NCBI GenBank assembly: GCA_963664535.1
Contig: OY761465.1
Location: forward strand, 2,063,879-2,127,878
DNA from: Candidatus Binatia bacterium
GTDB taxonomy: Bacteria; Desulfobacterota; Binatia; UBA9968; JAJDTQ01
Length of the DNA: 64,000 bases
Reading direction: 5' to 3'
The translations under genes and the position numbers were made by a program. The notes beneath the pieces are model-generated. The model saw nothing but the letters and a program-made list of their open reading frames with translations, did no database searches and was not told the DNA's origin. Below, in pieces: positions 25,427 to 38,235 of this stretch (the stretch's first letter is position 1; each line of letters opens with the position of its first letter).

Positions 25427-26089
25427 ATGGGGGCCGCGCCGGCGCATCCGGTCATCGCCCTCCAGGGAGCGTGTCTGGGGTACGGCGCCGAGCCGGTGCT
25501 TGAAGGAGTCGACCTGGAGATTCACGCAGGCGACTTCGTGGGCCTGGCGGGGGCCAACGGGTCCGGCAAGACCACCCTCCTCCGGTCCATGCTGGGCCTG
25601 CTCCCGCTGCGTGGCGGCAGAGTGGAACGCCACCTCGCGCGCGCCCGGCTCGGCTACGTACCACAGAACGATTCCCTGAGCGCCTACTTTCCGTTGAGCG
25701 TGTGGGAGGTGGCGGCCATGGGCGCCTACGGGCGGCTTCGACCCTGGCGGCTGTTCCCCGGAGACGAGAGAAGGCGGGTGGACAGGGCCCTCGATCGGGT
25801 GGGGCTGGGCCGCCTGGGCCGGACCGTGTTCGCCCACCTCTCCGGCGGACAGCGGCAGCGGGCTCTCATCGCCCGGGCCTTGACCACGGAGCCGGCCCTG
25901 CTGCTTCTCGACGAGCCGTTTTCCGGCGTCGACCGGGACTCCAAGGCAGACATCGCACAACAGCTCGTGGACCTCAACCACGGCTCGCGGATGACCATCG
26001 TCCTTTCCAGCCACGACGGCGAGATCCTGGACCGGATCTGTGGACGCGTGATCCGTGCCTCCAACGGCGGCTTGCAAGAGCCGGCGTAG
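25427..26089 (+). CDS. znuC: Metal ABC transporter ATP-binding protein
   Basis: GANGSGKT, GYVPQ, LSGGQRQR, LLLLDEP. Confidence 0.88.
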   Translation: MGAAPAHPVIALQGACLGYGAEPVLEGVDLEIHAGDFVGLAGANGSGKTTLLRSMLGLLPLRGGRVERHLARARLGYVPQNDSLSAYFPLSVWEVAAMGAYGRLRPWRLFPGDERRRVDRALDRVGLGRLGRTVFAHLSGGQRQRALIARALTTEPALLLLDEPFSGVDRDSKADIAQQLVDLNHGSRMTIVLSSHDGEILDRICGRVIRASNGGLQEPA

Positions 26090-26100
26090 GGTGAGCGGAC

Positions 26101-26982
26101 GTGGCGGGTGCCCTCGCGGAAATCCTGGACCCTTCCTTCGTGCTGTTTCCCGCGGTGGTCGGAAGCATCGTCCTGGGTTTGGTCTGTCCGGTGGTCGGAG
26201 GCTTCCTGGTGCTGAGGCGCAGCGTGCTGCTGGGCCTGACCCTGCCGCAACTGGCGGCCGCGGGGGTGGCGTTCTCGTTGTTCGCGCACGAGGTGGGGCT
26301 GGTGCCGCATCCGGGCCATACGTCGGGCGACGCCCACGAGGTCGAGCGCCTGCTCGCCTACGGCGGCTCGTTGCTGTTCACCTTCGCCGGCATGGTGCTG
26401 CTGGGCCTGATGGAGCGGCGCGGCGCCGGCCGCGCGGAGATCCGCCTGGCCGTGGTCTACGCTCTGGCCGGGTCGCTCTCGGTCCTCTTCGTGGCGTTCC
26501 ATCCCTTCGGCGACGTGGCGATCCTGAGCCTCGTCAAGGGAGACGCGGTGGTGTTGTCCTGGACCGAGTTCGCGACCCTGGGCGGAGTCTACGCGGTGGT
26601 GATGGCGTGCCTGATCCTGTTTCGCCGCGAGTTGCTGATCTCATCGTTCGATCGCGACCTCACGGTCCTTCTGAAGGGGGGCGCCGCCGTCTGGGACCTC
26701 CTTCTCTATCTCCTGGCCGGCGTCACCGTGGCGTTGGGCGTGATCATGGCCGGGCCGCTGCTCACCTTCGGCTTTCTGGTGCTGCCGCCCATCGCCGTGC
26801 GGCCTCTGGTATCGCGCATGGCACCCTATTTCATCGCCGCCTCCCTGGCGGGCGCCGGCATCGGCGTGGCGGGGTTCGCGGTCTGCTACCGCTTCGATCT
26901 TCCGCTGGGCCCCACCATCGTCGCCCTGGGTTGCGGGCTGGTGCTCGGCACCCACGCCGTGGGGTGGCTGTGGAAACGTTGA
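26101..26982 (+). CDS. znuB: Metal ABC transporter permease (ABC-3 family)
   Basis: G.FLVLRR..LLG..L.QLA..GVA, FRRELL.SSFDRD, G.LL.FG.LVLP. Confidence 0.88.
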   Translation: MAGALAEILDPSFVLFPAVVGSIVLGLVCPVVGGFLVLRRSVLLGLTLPQLAAAGVAFSLFAHEVGLVPHPGHTSGDAHEVERLLAYGGSLLFTFAGMVLLGLMERRGAGRAEIRLAVVYALAGSLSVLFVAFHPFGDVAILSLVKGDAVVLSWTEFATLGGVYAVVMACLILFRRELLISSFDRDLTVLLKGGAAVWDLLLYLLAGVTVALGVIMAGPLLTFGFLVLPPIAVRPLVSRMAPYFIAASLAGAGIGVAGFAVCYRFDLPLGPTIVALGCGLVLGTHAVGWLWKR

Positions 26983-27062
26983 GAATGGCGTCAAATGATG
27001 CTGATATTGATGACTAAATCGGCCTTTGCCCGGGCGTAGACCGAGGGCAGTCCGAGGGTATC

Positions 27063-27278
27063 GTGATGCGAACGACCTTGAACATAGACGATGAGTTGTT
27101 GGCCCGCGCGCGCGACCTCACCAACATAACGCGCAAACCGGCCTTGATTCGGGCGGCGTTGCAAGCGCTCGTGGAGCGTGAGAGCGCACGGCGGTTGGCG
27201 AGGCTCGGCGGCAGCCAGCCGGACCTGCAGCCGATTCCGCGCCGCCGTCTTGCCGGCGGTCGTCCGTCCCGCCGATGA
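27063..27278 (+). CDS. vapB: VapB-type antitoxin
   Basis: MRTTLNIDDELL, ALV.RESARRLARLGG; ATGA overlap with PIN gene. Confidence 0.88.
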   Translation: MMRTTLNIDDELLARARDLTNITRKPALIRAALQALVERESARRLARLGGSQPDLQPIPRRRLAGGRPSRR

Positions 27279-27646
27279 TTCTGATCGATACCTCGGTATG
27301 GATCGACCACCTGCGCTCCGGCGACCGGGAACTGGCGGCTCTGCTCGACGCGGACCGGGCGCTGGTCCACCCCTTCGTCATCGGCGAGTTGGCTTGCGGC
27401 AATCTGGCCCGACGCGGGGAGATACTGGCCATGGTGCGGAATCTGCCCGCGCTGTCCAGAGCCGACGATCCGGAGGTGCTCCATTTCATCGAACAGAACC
27501 GATTGATGGGGCGGGGCATCGGGTATGTGGACGCGCACTTGTTGGCGGCCGCCACGTTGGCTCCGCCGGCGAGGCTATGGACGCGCGACAAGCTGTTGCG
27601 GTCGGTAGCGGCTGACTTGGGCCTGGCCCACCGGAAGAACACCTGA
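27275..27646 (+). CDS. vapC: VapC PIN-domain toxin
   Basis: ILIDTSVWIDHL, HPFVIGELACG, GIGYVDAHLLA, LWTRD. Confidence 0.92.
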   Translation: MILIDTSVWIDHLRSGDRELAALLDADRALVHPFVIGELACGNLARRGEILAMVRNLPALSRADDPEVLHFIEQNRLMGRGIGYVDAHLLAAATLAPPARLWTRDKLLRSVAADLGLAHRKNT

Positions 27647-27661
27647 GCGAGGCGCCGATGC

Positions 27662-29026
27662 TCATTTTCCGGCGCCCTGGAACACCTCCTCGGTGGCGGA
27701 GGCCAGCAGCCGGTCGTGGCCGTGGTCCAGGGCGAAGACCCGGAACTTGACGATCTTGGACGGGATGTAGGCGAACAGCTCGGCCATGGACTCCTTGGTG
27801 ATGACCCCGGTGGACGGATCGTAGGTGTGGAGCTGCTTCTTGCCCATGGCCATGGGGTTTTCCGGCCGCGAGTCCTGGCTGGCGATGTCCACGTGATACA
27901 CGAGGTTCCGCTGCTCCGGGGGCAGCGCCGCCCGGATCAGGACCTCCCATTCGTGGACCTCGATGAGGTCGAGCCCGCTCGCCATCTCCGCCCCCGACAG
28001 GGTCCGCTCGTAAGCCAGCCGCCACTTGAGATCGCGGTCGAGGACTCGGCCCCACTCGCGGCCCAGCGGGGTGTCGAGCCGGCGCCAGCGGGACACCTCC
28101 TGCAACAGGGACCAGTCCGTCAGGTGCAGGTACCGCTCCATGTGGTCCAGCGGATTGCCCGGCGCGATCCGCGCCATGGTTTCCGGGAACAGTTCCTGGA
28201 GGTGGGCGTCGATGGCCCGGGTGGTGCGGTGGAAGTAGACGTTTTCGTAGAGGTACTTGCGCGCGTTCAGGAACATGGTGAGGGCGCCCTCGCCGGACCG
28301 GTGCAGGGTCAGTCCCTTGGGCGAGATGAAGGTGTAGTAGATCAGCCGTTCGCGGTCGATGGGCCCCACCGCCACCCCGCACATGTACGAGTCGCGCGAA
28401 ACGTAGTCGAGGTTGTCGAAGGTGAAGATGCCGTTGGTCAGCGGTTGGAGGAACCGCAGCCACAGGGGCTTGGCGGGATCGTCCTCGGAGTCCTTCTTGA
28501 TGGGGAAGGCGACGTCCTCGGGGTCCAGCTCTTCTCCGTCCGCGAAAGGCCCCGTGGGGCTGCGGCGGATGCCGCGGATGCGGTCGCCGAGATGTTCCCG
28601 GATGATGACCTGCGAGATGTCCTCGTGGATCAACCCGTGCTGGCTGAGGAAGTGATTGTCGAAGAAATGGCAGAACGGGCCGTGGCCGACGTCGTGCAGC
28701 AGGCCGGTGACCCGCATGTATTCTTCCACGTAGTTGGCGGAAGGGCACTCTTCGCCCAGCACCTTGCGCAGCGACGGGTACAGCCCGCGGGCGAAGGCGC
28801 CGGCCAGGTGCATGGCACCCAGGCAGTGCTGGAAACGGCTGTGCTCCGCCGAGGGGTAGACCCAGCGGGCGCTCTGAAGCTGGAAGATGTACCGGAGGCG
28901 CTGGAACCAGGGGGAGTCGATGAGGTCCTTTTCCGTCACCTCGTCGGCGTCCCTGGGAACCGTGAAGGGGATGTAGCGGTGGATCGGGTCGGCGATGAGG
29001 GAGCACCCGGAGTACTCGTCACGCAT
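27662..29026 (-). CDS. HD-domain phosphohydrolase (SAMHD1/dNTP triphosphohydrolase-like)
   Basis: DPIH.YI, FQRLR.I.QL, YP.AEHSRF.H.LG, LLHDVGHGPF.H, D.LDY..RD. Confidence 0.9.
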   Translation of the reverse strand: MRDEYSGCSLIADPIHRYIPFTVPRDADEVTEKDLIDSPWFQRLRYIFQLQSARWVYPSAEHSRFQHCLGAMHLAGAFARGLYPSLRKVLGEECPSANYVEEYMRVTGLLHDVGHGPFCHFFDNHFLSQHGLIHEDISQVIIREHLGDRIRGIRRSPTGPFADGEELDPEDVAFPIKKDSEDDPAKPLWLRFLQPLTNGIFTFDNLDYVSRDSYMCGVAVGPIDRERLIYYTFISPKGLTLHRSGEGALTMFLNARKYLYENVYFHRTTRAIDAHLQELFPETMARIAPGNPLDHMERYLHLTDWSLLQEVSRWRRLDTPLGREWGRVLDRDLKWRLAYERTLSGAEMASGLDLIEVHEWEVLIRAALPPEQRNLVYHVDIASQDSRPENPMAMGKKQLHTYDPSTGVITKESMAELFAYIPSKIVKFRVFALDHGHDRLLASATEEVFQGAGK

Positions 29027-29044
29027 GGCGCGCCCCGTTGACGG

Positions 29045-29473
29045 TCACAGCTCGAAACCAACCTGAGCGGTCCACTGGGAGCCCATTTTCCCCAGGTGGC
29101 TCAGCCGTTCGTCCACCGCGGCGATGGCTTCGCGTTCTTCGTGGCGGTCCGGGTCGAATTTCTCGCCGCGGGCCTCCGCGCGCACGAAGAACTCCCCGGC
29201 CTCGCGGATGTCGAAATCCTTCAGGATGAACCCGCTGGCCTGGTACTCGTAGAGCAGCTCCCGAATCCAGTTGACCATCAGGTCGTCGTTGTCCAGCCCT
29301 TCCACTTCGAGGGTGACGCTCTCCCGCGCTTCCACCGAATCGAGGTCCACCAACAGGTCGAACAGCGCAAACCCGGCGTCCGCCAGAAGCTGGGGCAGCG
29401 AGTCGCCGGAGAGCCGGACGCTCAACTCCGACGACCGTCTCAGCACGCGGTATTTCTTGTCTTCATCGGCCAT
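29045..29473 (-). CDS. Archease-like protein with degenerate catalytic motifs
   Basis: Start MADEDKKY at 29473; G.SL..L...A..A.FD, DLMVNWIRELLY, A.GEKFDP.RH...W.A.V.FE(L) fit the archease fold; HTAD and KA.TYH are absent. Confidence 0.7.
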   Translation of the reverse strand: MADEDKKYRVLRRSSELSVRLSGDSLPQLLADAGFALFDLLVDLDSVEARESVTLEVEGLDNDDLMVNWIRELLYEYQASGFILKDFDIREAGEFFVRAEARGEKFDPDRHEEREAIAAVDERLSHLGKMGSQWTAQVGFEL

Positions 29474-29520
29474 TTTCGTGTTCCCGTTACCGAAATTAGC
29501 CCATATACGGCACTGCCGTG

Positions 29521-30270
<750 letters not shown>

Positions 30271-30276
30271 GGTGGT

Positions 30277-31356
30277 CTAGCTCCCTGCCGCGCCGCCCCT
30301 GGATTCCCGCTTTCGCGGGAATGACGGTGGGGGGCGGGAATCCAGGGGCGGCGCGGCCGAGCTGACCGGGGCCGGCTGAAAGTGGTCGTAACCCGGTGCC
30401 GCCAGCGGCATGCTTTCCCCCCGCGGGTCCACCAGCGTGAGGCCCTGCTTTCGGGGCACGCATTCGCCGATGCGGGTGATGGGGACGCCGGTTCGCCGGG
30501 CCACGCGCTCCACTCCCTGGCGGGCGTCGCTGGCCGCGGTGAACAGCAGCTCGTAGTCTTCGCCGCCGGCCAGCGCGCAGGTCAGGTCGTCCGCGGCCGC
30601 GACCCGGCCGAAGGCGCGCGACAGCGGCACCTGGTCCTGTCGTACCACCGCCCCGGTGCCGCTGGCCTGGCAGATGTGGCCCAGGTCCTGGGCAAGCCCG
30701 TCGCTGACGTCCACCATGGCCCGGGCGAGGCCTTCCTTCGCCAGTTGCATGCCGGTGTTCACCCGGGCGGTGGGGTGGTGGTGCCGCCGGACGAGGTAGT
30801 TCCGGTCCCTCGCGGAGACCGTGGGCCGGGGCTTGGAAAGCAGTGTCAGACCCAGCGCCGAGTCTCCCAGCGTGCCGGTGACGTAGATGTCGTCGCCCAC
30901 CCTGGCGCCGCCCCGGGTGACCGCCCCGTAGGGGGCGAAGCCGGCCAGGAACACGTCGATGATCACCCGGTCCGCCGCGCAGGTGTCGCCTCCCACCAGC
31001 GCCACCCGGTGCTCCGCGGCCAGGGCGTGAATGCCCCGGACGAGCGCGGCCGCCTGCTGCACGGCGACGTCGGGCAGGGCCGCCGACAACAGGAAATAGG
31101 CCGGCCGTCCGCCCATGGCGGCGATGTCGCTCAGGCTTGCGGTGAGGGACTTGTGCCCGAGGTCCCGCATCGAGATCCAGTCGAGGTTGAAGTGGACGCC
31201 TTCGATCAGAAGATCCGAAGTGAACAGAAGCGAGTCCTCGGGAGTGGAGACCCGGGCGGCGTCGTCGCCGATGCCCAGACGCACGCCGCGCGTCCGCGGG
31301 GTCTTCCTCCGGATCAGGTCGATGAGCCCGAACTCTCCCAAATCCCGAAGTCTCAT
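30277..31356 (-). CDS. thiL: Thiamine-monophosphate kinase with REP-derived C-terminal extension
   Basis: Start MRLRDLGEF; GIGDDAA, EGVHF, SDIAAMGG, GGDT, DVSDGL, GGEDYELLF, GYDHF then 32 extra residues. Confidence 0.95.
   Translation of the reverse strand: MRLRDLGEFGLIDLIRRKTPRTRGVRLGIGDDAARVSTPEDSLLFTSDLLIEGVHFNLDWISMRDLGHKSLTASLSDIAAMGGRPAYFLLSAALPDVAVQQAAALVRGIHALAAEHRVALVGGDTCAADRVIIDVFLAGFAPYGAVTRGGARVGDDIYVTGTLGDSALGLTLLSKPRPTVSARDRNYLVRRHHHPTARVNTGMQLAKEGLARAMVDVSDGLAQDLGHICQASGTGAVVRQDQVPLSRAFGRVAAADDLTCALAGGEDYELLFTAASDARQGVERVARRTGVPITRIGECVPRKQGLTLVDPRGESMPLAAPGYDHFQPAPVSSAAPPLDSRPPPSFPRKRESRGGAAGS
30287..30357. repeat. REP-derived hairpin (24-bp perfect stem) inside thiL
   Basis: GCCGCGCCGCCCCTGGATTCCCGC ... 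GCGGGAATCCAGGGGCGGCGCGGC. Confidence 0.88.
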
Positions 31357-31447
31357 GGGGCATTGGCGCTTTTGAGCGCTCCGTCGCGTGTACGGGCACG
31401 GGAGGGTTTGCAACCCGCCCGTACGCCGGATCCCTGGGCGTCCCGGT

Positions 31448-33931
31448 TCACGCGTTGGCGGGAACCGTCCTGCCCCCCGCGCCCTTGGGGCGGGTCCGCC
31501 GGGGCGGCTTCCTGTTCTTGGCCGCGGCCCTGGTCTTCGTCTCGGGGTGGACCGGGCTGTCGGGCGGCGCGTCTCCGAAGGCCGCCGCCAGCACGTCGGT
31601 CATGTTGCGCGCCAGGATGAAATGCAGCTTGTTGCGCAAGGGACGCGGAATCTCTTCGAGGTCCTTGCGGTTCTGGAACGGAATGGCCACCGTCCCGACC
31701 CCGGAACGAAACGCCGCCAGACACTTCTCCTTCAGGCCGCCCACGGGCAGCACGCGGCCCCGGAGCGTGATCTCCCCGGTCATGGCCACGTTCCGGCTTA
31801 CCGGCCGCCGGGTCAGAGCCGAGATGAGGGCGGTACCCATGGTGATCCCGGCGGAGGGGCCGTCCTTGGGTATGGAGCCGGACGGGACGTGTATGTGGAT
31901 GTCCTGCTTCTGGTAGAAGTTCTCTTCGAGTCCCAGATGCTTCGCATGGGCCCGGGCGTAGCTCACCGCGGCCTGGGCCGACTCCCGCATGACGTCGCCC
32001 AACTGTCCCGTGAGGGTCAGGTTGCCGCGGCCCTTGGACAGCGAGGCTTCGACGTGCAGCACTTCGCCGCCGGCGCTGGTCCAGGCCAACCCCGTGGCGA
32101 CGCCGATCTCGTTCTGTTCCTGGGTCTCTTCCGCCGGGAACCTGGCGGGGCCCAGAAACTGGTGCAGGTTCCTCCGGGTGATCCGGGTACGGCTGGTGCG
32201 GCCGTCCGCCACCTTGCGCGCCACCTTCCGGCAGATCGCCGCCATCTCCCGCTCGAGGTTCCGGAGACCGGCCTCGCGCGTGTACTGCTCGATGATGCGC
32301 AGCACCGCGTCGTTGGAGACGTCCAGCAGATCGTCGGAGATCCCGGCCTCCTGCAGTTGCCGCGGGATCAGGAACCGCCGGGCGATCTCCAGTTTCTCCT
32401 CGTTGGTGTAGCCGGAGAGGTTGATCACCTCCATACGGTCCCTCAGCGCCGGCGGAACCGTGTCCAGCAGGTTCGCGGTGCAGATGAACAGCACGCTGGA
32501 CAGGTCGAACGGAACGTTCAGGTAGTGGTCGCTGAAGGCGTGGTTCTGCTCCGGATCGAGCACTTCCAGCAGGGCCGCCGACGGGTCCCCCCGGAAGTCG
32601 TTGCCGAGCTTGTCGAGCTCGTCCAGCATGAACACCGGGTTGTTGGTGCCGGCCTGCTTCATGCCCTGTACGATCCGCCCGGGCAGGGCTCCTACGTAGG
32701 TCCGGCGGTGCCCCCGGATCTCCGCCTCGTCCCGGATGCCGCCCAGCGAAATGCGCACGAAGTTCCGCCCGAGGGCGCGCGCGATGGATTTTCCGAGGGA
32801 GGTCTTGCCGACCCCCGGCGGACCCACGAAGCAGAGGATGGGGCCGCGGATCTTCTGCCGCAGCTTGTTCACCGCCAGGTACTCGAGAAACCGCTCCTTG
32901 ATCTTCTCCAGGTTGAAGTGGTCCTCGTCCAGGACTTCCTTGGCCTTCTTCAGGTCGAGGTTGTCCTCGGTGCGCTCGCTCCAGGGGAGTTCCACCATCC
33001 AGTCCAGGTAGGTCCTCACCAGGGAGGACTCGGAGGACTCGGGATGCATCTGCTCCAGCCGCTTGAGCTGCTTGGTGGCCTCCTTCTTGACCTCCGCGGG
33101 CATGCCGGCCTTGTCGATCTGGGCCTTTAGCTCGTTCATCTCCTCGGTCTTCTCGTCACCCTCCCCGAGCTCCTGGTGGATCTGCCTGAGCTGCTCCCGC
33201 AGGAAGTACTCCCGCTGGGTCTTGCTCATCTCGTCCTTGGCTTGGTTCTGGATCCGCGCCTGCATGGTGGCGAGCTCGAGCTCGCGGGTGAGCAGGTCGT
33301 TGACCTTCTTCAACCGTTCGATGGGTTCGTAGATCTCCAGGATGGACTGGCTCTCCTCGATGTTGAGCCGCAGGTTGGAGGCCACCAGGTCCGCCAGCAC
33401 GCCGGGGTCGACGACGTTGTCGGTGACCATGACGATTTCCGGCGGGAGGTTCTTGAGGTTGAGGATCTGCTCGATCTTCTCCTTGACGCTGCGCATGAGC
33501 GCCTCGACCTCGATGGACAATTCGACGACCGGCTGCTCGACGACCTTCTCGATGCGCACCTCGAAATAGGGCTCTTGCCGCAGCACCTCTTCGACGGCGC
33601 CCTTGGTGAGGCCCTGAACCAGGATCTTCACCCGCCCGTCGTCGAGCTTCAGCATGCGCAGGATGGTGGCTATCGTGCCCACGCGGTACAGGTCGCCGGC
33701 CTCGGGGTCGTCCTCGGCCGGGTCCTTCTGCACCACCAGGAAGATATGGCGGTCCCGCGCCAGCGCCTCGGTCACCGCGTTGATGGAGATCTCCCGTCCG
33801 ACGAACAGGGGAATCATCATGTACGGGTAGATGACGATGTCGCGGATGGGCAGGAGCGGTATGACGTCGGGGATGTCGCTCACCGGCCGGTCCGCCACGA
33901 GCTCCGCGGTGTCCTTGTCCGATACGTCCAT
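31448..33931 (-). CDS. lon: ATP-dependent protease La
   Basis: LON N-domain, GPPGVGKTS, RRTYVGALPG, PKDGPSAG, catalytic Lys in GGLKEK. Confidence 0.97.
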   Translation of the reverse strand: MDVSDKDTAELVADRPVSDIPDVIPLLPIRDIVIYPYMMIPLFVGREISINAVTEALARDRHIFLVVQKDPAEDDPEAGDLYRVGTIATILRMLKLDDGRVKILVQGLTKGAVEEVLRQEPYFEVRIEKVVEQPVVELSIEVEALMRSVKEKIEQILNLKNLPPEIVMVTDNVVDPGVLADLVASNLRLNIEESQSILEIYEPIERLKKVNDLLTRELELATMQARIQNQAKDEMSKTQREYFLREQLRQIHQELGEGDEKTEEMNELKAQIDKAGMPAEVKKEATKQLKRLEQMHPESSESSLVRTYLDWMVELPWSERTEDNLDLKKAKEVLDEDHFNLEKIKERFLEYLAVNKLRQKIRGPILCFVGPPGVGKTSLGKSIARALGRNFVRISLGGIRDEAEIRGHRRTYVGALPGRIVQGMKQAGTNNPVFMLDELDKLGNDFRGDPSAALLEVLDPEQNHAFSDHYLNVPFDLSSVLFICTANLLDTVPPALRDRMEVINLSGYTNEEKLEIARRFLIPRQLQEAGISDDLLDVSNDAVLRIIEQYTREAGLRNLEREMAAICRKVARKVADGRTSRTRITRRNLHQFLGPARFPAEETQEQNEIGVATGLAWTSAGGEVLHVEASLSKGRGNLTLTGQLGDVMRESAQAAVSYARAHAKHLGLEENFYQKQDIHIHVPSGSIPKDGPSAGITMGTALISALTRRPVSRNVAMTGEITLRGRVLPVGGLKEKCLAAFRSGVGTVAIPFQNRKDLEEIPRPLRNKLHFILARNMTDVLAAAFGDAPPDSPVHPETKTRAAAKNRKPPRRTRPKGAGGRTVPANA

Positions 33932-33940
33932 GCGTTGCCC

Positions 33941-35056
33941 TCAGTCGAACAGTTCCTTTACCTTCTCGAAGAACCCTTTGGCAATAGGATGGGCTTCCTC
34001 CCCGCCTTCCTCGGCGAAATCCTCGAGCAGCTTCTTCTGGCGGGCGTTGAGGCGTGTCGGCGTCTCCACCAGCACGCGCACGTGCTCGTCGCCCCGCCGC
34101 CCCCCGTGCACGTCCTTGATCCCCTTGCCCTTCAGGCGGAAGACCGCGTGCGACTGGGTCCCCGGCGGGATCTTCATCTTGACCTTGCCCTCCAGCGTGG
34201 GCACCTCGATTTCGGCTCCGAGGGTGGCGTTGACGAAGCTGATGGGCATCTCGCAGATGACGTCGGTTCCTTCCCGGGCGAAGATCGCGTGGTCCTGGAC
34301 GATGATGACCACGTACAGGTCTCCGGGCGGGCCGCCCCGGGCGCCGTTTTCCCCCTCGCCCCGCAGCTTGAGCCGCGAACCCGTGTCGACGCCCGCCGGG
34401 ATCTTGACGTTAATGGTGTGGAACTTCCGTGTCAGGCCGGCGCCGCCGCACATGGTGCAGGGATGGGGGATCACCCGGCCCTGCCCGCCGCACTGGCTGC
34501 AGGTGCGGGATACGGTGAAGAAGCCCTGCTGGAAGGCCATCTGCCCCGAGCCCTTGCAGGCGGGACAGGTCTGCGGCGAGGTGCCCTTCTCCGCGCCGCT
34601 GCCCTCGCACTCGTCGCAGGGTCCGTGGCGCGGGATCTTGATCTTCTTTTCGGTGCCGAAGGCGCCCTGCTCGAACGTGATCTCGAGGTTGTAGCGCAGG
34701 TCGTCGCCCCGCTGCGCCCGGGACCTGGCCCTGCCCCGGGACGATCCGCCGAAGAATTCGCCGAAAATGTCGCCGAAGATGTCCTCGAAACCCTGAGAGA
34801 AGTCGAAGCCGCCGGCGAACGGGCCGGTTTCGCCGAAGGCGGCGTGGCCGAACTGGTCGTATTTGGACCTCTTCTCCGGATCGGAGAGCACCGAATACGC
34901 TTCAGAGAGCTCCTTGAACTTCTCCTCCGCCTGCTTGTCGCCCGGGTTCCGGTCGGGATGGTACTGGAGCGCCAGCTTGCGGTAAGCCTTCTTGAGCTCG
35001 TCCTCGCCGGCGTTGCGGCTCAGGCCGAGAATTTCGTAGTAGTCCCTTTTGTCCAA
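33941..35056 (-). CDS. dnaJ: Chaperone DnaJ
   Basis: J domain HPD, G/F region, four CxxCxGxG repeats. Confidence 0.98.
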   Translation of the reverse strand: MDKRDYYEILGLSRNAGEDELKKAYRKLALQYHPDRNPGDKQAEEKFKELSEAYSVLSDPEKRSKYDQFGHAAFGETGPFAGGFDFSQGFEDIFGDIFGEFFGGSSRGRARSRAQRGDDLRYNLEITFEQGAFGTEKKIKIPRHGPCDECEGSGAEKGTSPQTCPACKGSGQMAFQQGFFTVSRTCSQCGGQGRVIPHPCTMCGGAGLTRKFHTINVKIPAGVDTGSRLKLRGEGENGARGGPPGDLYVVIIVQDHAIFAREGTDVICEMPISFVNATLGAEIEVPTLEGKVKMKIPPGTQSHAVFRLKGKGIKDVHGGRRGDEHVRVLVETPTRLNARQKKLLEDFAEEGGEEAHPIAKGFFEKVKELFD

Positions 35057-35128
35057 TGTTTAGTCCCGCCTGGGGCGGCTGTATCGGCTGATGGCGCGTG
35101 CGGGCACGGGCGGGTCTGAGAACCGCCT

Positions 35129-37060
<1,932 letters not shown>

Positions 37061-37102
37061 CTCTTCGTCTCCTTGTTCTTCAATCGAGTATTCTATGTGA
37101 AT

Positions 37103-37741
37103 CTAATCATCGCCCTGGTCGTTTTCAACCGGCGGCTCGTCATTTTCGTGTGGAGGTTTTCCCTGCAAAGTCGCGGCCTTAGCGACGCTCACCAGGGACG
37201 GCCGCAGCAGCCGGTCGGCCAGGTAGTAGCCCGGGTGGACCTCGTCCACCACCGTGTTGGGCTCGACTTCGCCGGTCTCCACCTGCGCGTAGGCCTCGTG
37301 CTTCTCCGGATCGAAGGGTTGCCCCTTGGCCGTGACCCGCGTGATCCCGTGCTTCTGCAGCGCTTCGAGGCAGGACTTGATCAACAGCTCGATGCCGTCC
37401 ACCAGCGCGCGCGGGTCGCCGTCGGCCGGCGCGTGCCGAGCCGCCCGCTCGAGGTCGTCGATCACCGGCAGGAGATCGCGTACAAGCGATTCGTTGGCGT
37501 AGCGGATAGCGTCCTGTTTCTCGCGGGTTACGCGTTTCTTGTAGTTCTCGGTCTCGGCCGCCTCCCGCAGGTAAAGGTCGTGATTGCGCCGCGCTTCCTC
37601 CCGGGCCGCCCCCAGCTCCGCCTTGAGCCGCTCGGTCTCCGACGGCTCCTCCGCGGCTTCCGCCGCCCCGGCGGCCTCGGCCCGGGTTGCTGCCTCTTCG
37701 TCGTCCACTGTCTCGGATTGATCCTTGTTATCTTCGGTCAT
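37103..37741 (-). CDS. grpE: Nucleotide exchange factor GrpE
   Basis: Start moved to MTEDNKD; AETENYKKR, LLPVIDDLERA, FDPEKHEA, GY.L.DRLLRP.LV.V. Confidence 0.96.
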   Translation of the reverse strand: MTEDNKDQSETVDDEEAATRAEAAGAAEAAEEPSETERLKAELGAAREEARRNHDLYLREAAETENYKKRVTREKQDAIRYANESLVRDLLPVIDDLERAARHAPADGDPRALVDGIELLIKSCLEALQKHGITRVTAKGQPFDPEKHEAYAQVETGEVEPNTVVDEVHPGYYLADRLLRPSLVSVAKAATLQGKPPHENDEPPVENDQGDD

Positions 37742-37810
37742 GATGCTGTCGTGTTTCGATGTCTTGTCCCGCGGGCAAAAATGGACCCCTTGCCCCGCAA
37801 CGGCCGAGAG

Positions 37811-37839
37811 AAGGTAATCACCGTATGGGACCTTGTCAA
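37811..37839 (-). promoter_or_regulatory. Putative sigma70-type promoter of grpE-dnaK-dnaJ-lon
   Basis: Minus strand TTGACA-N17-TACCTT. Confidence 0.55.
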
Positions 37840-37882
37840 GGTAGCCGGAATCGTCGCAAAATCTCATTTATGGGTCCCTGTC

Positions 37883-38125
37883 CGTCATTCCGGCATCCTC
37901 TCCCGTCATTCGGCCCCACCTCCGTCATTCCCGCGAAAGCGGGAATCCAGGGACGGTGGAGGGGCGTACGGCGGTGTTTCCCCGCCTCACCCCTCCTGGA
38001 TTCCCGCTTTCGCGGGAATGACGGAAGTGGGGCCGTTACGTCTCTCGGATGGTGTTTTGACATCAGCCGCTTTCGCGGGAATGACGGGAGAAGGATGCCG
38101 GAATGACGGAAGCGGCGCCGGAATG
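37883..38125. repeat. CGTC-type REP doublet with half-unit tails on both sides
   Basis: Two inverted full palindromes, a partial third, and several CGTCATTC / GAATGACG units. Confidence 0.9.
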
Positions 38126-38235
38126 CCCGAGGCGTGCGCGCGACTTTTTCGGCGCCTTGGTGTATACGTACGGATAGCGACGATTGCACGGCGGGACCGG
38201 GAGGCAGGCTGCCAGGCACCGAGCGGACGCCGTTC

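Noticed and set aside
37742-37882. CIRCE/HrcA or sigma32 control of grpE-dnaK
   Set aside because: No TTAGCACTC-N9-GAGTGCTAA, no hrcA in the window and no correctly spaced CTTGAA/CCCCAT pair.
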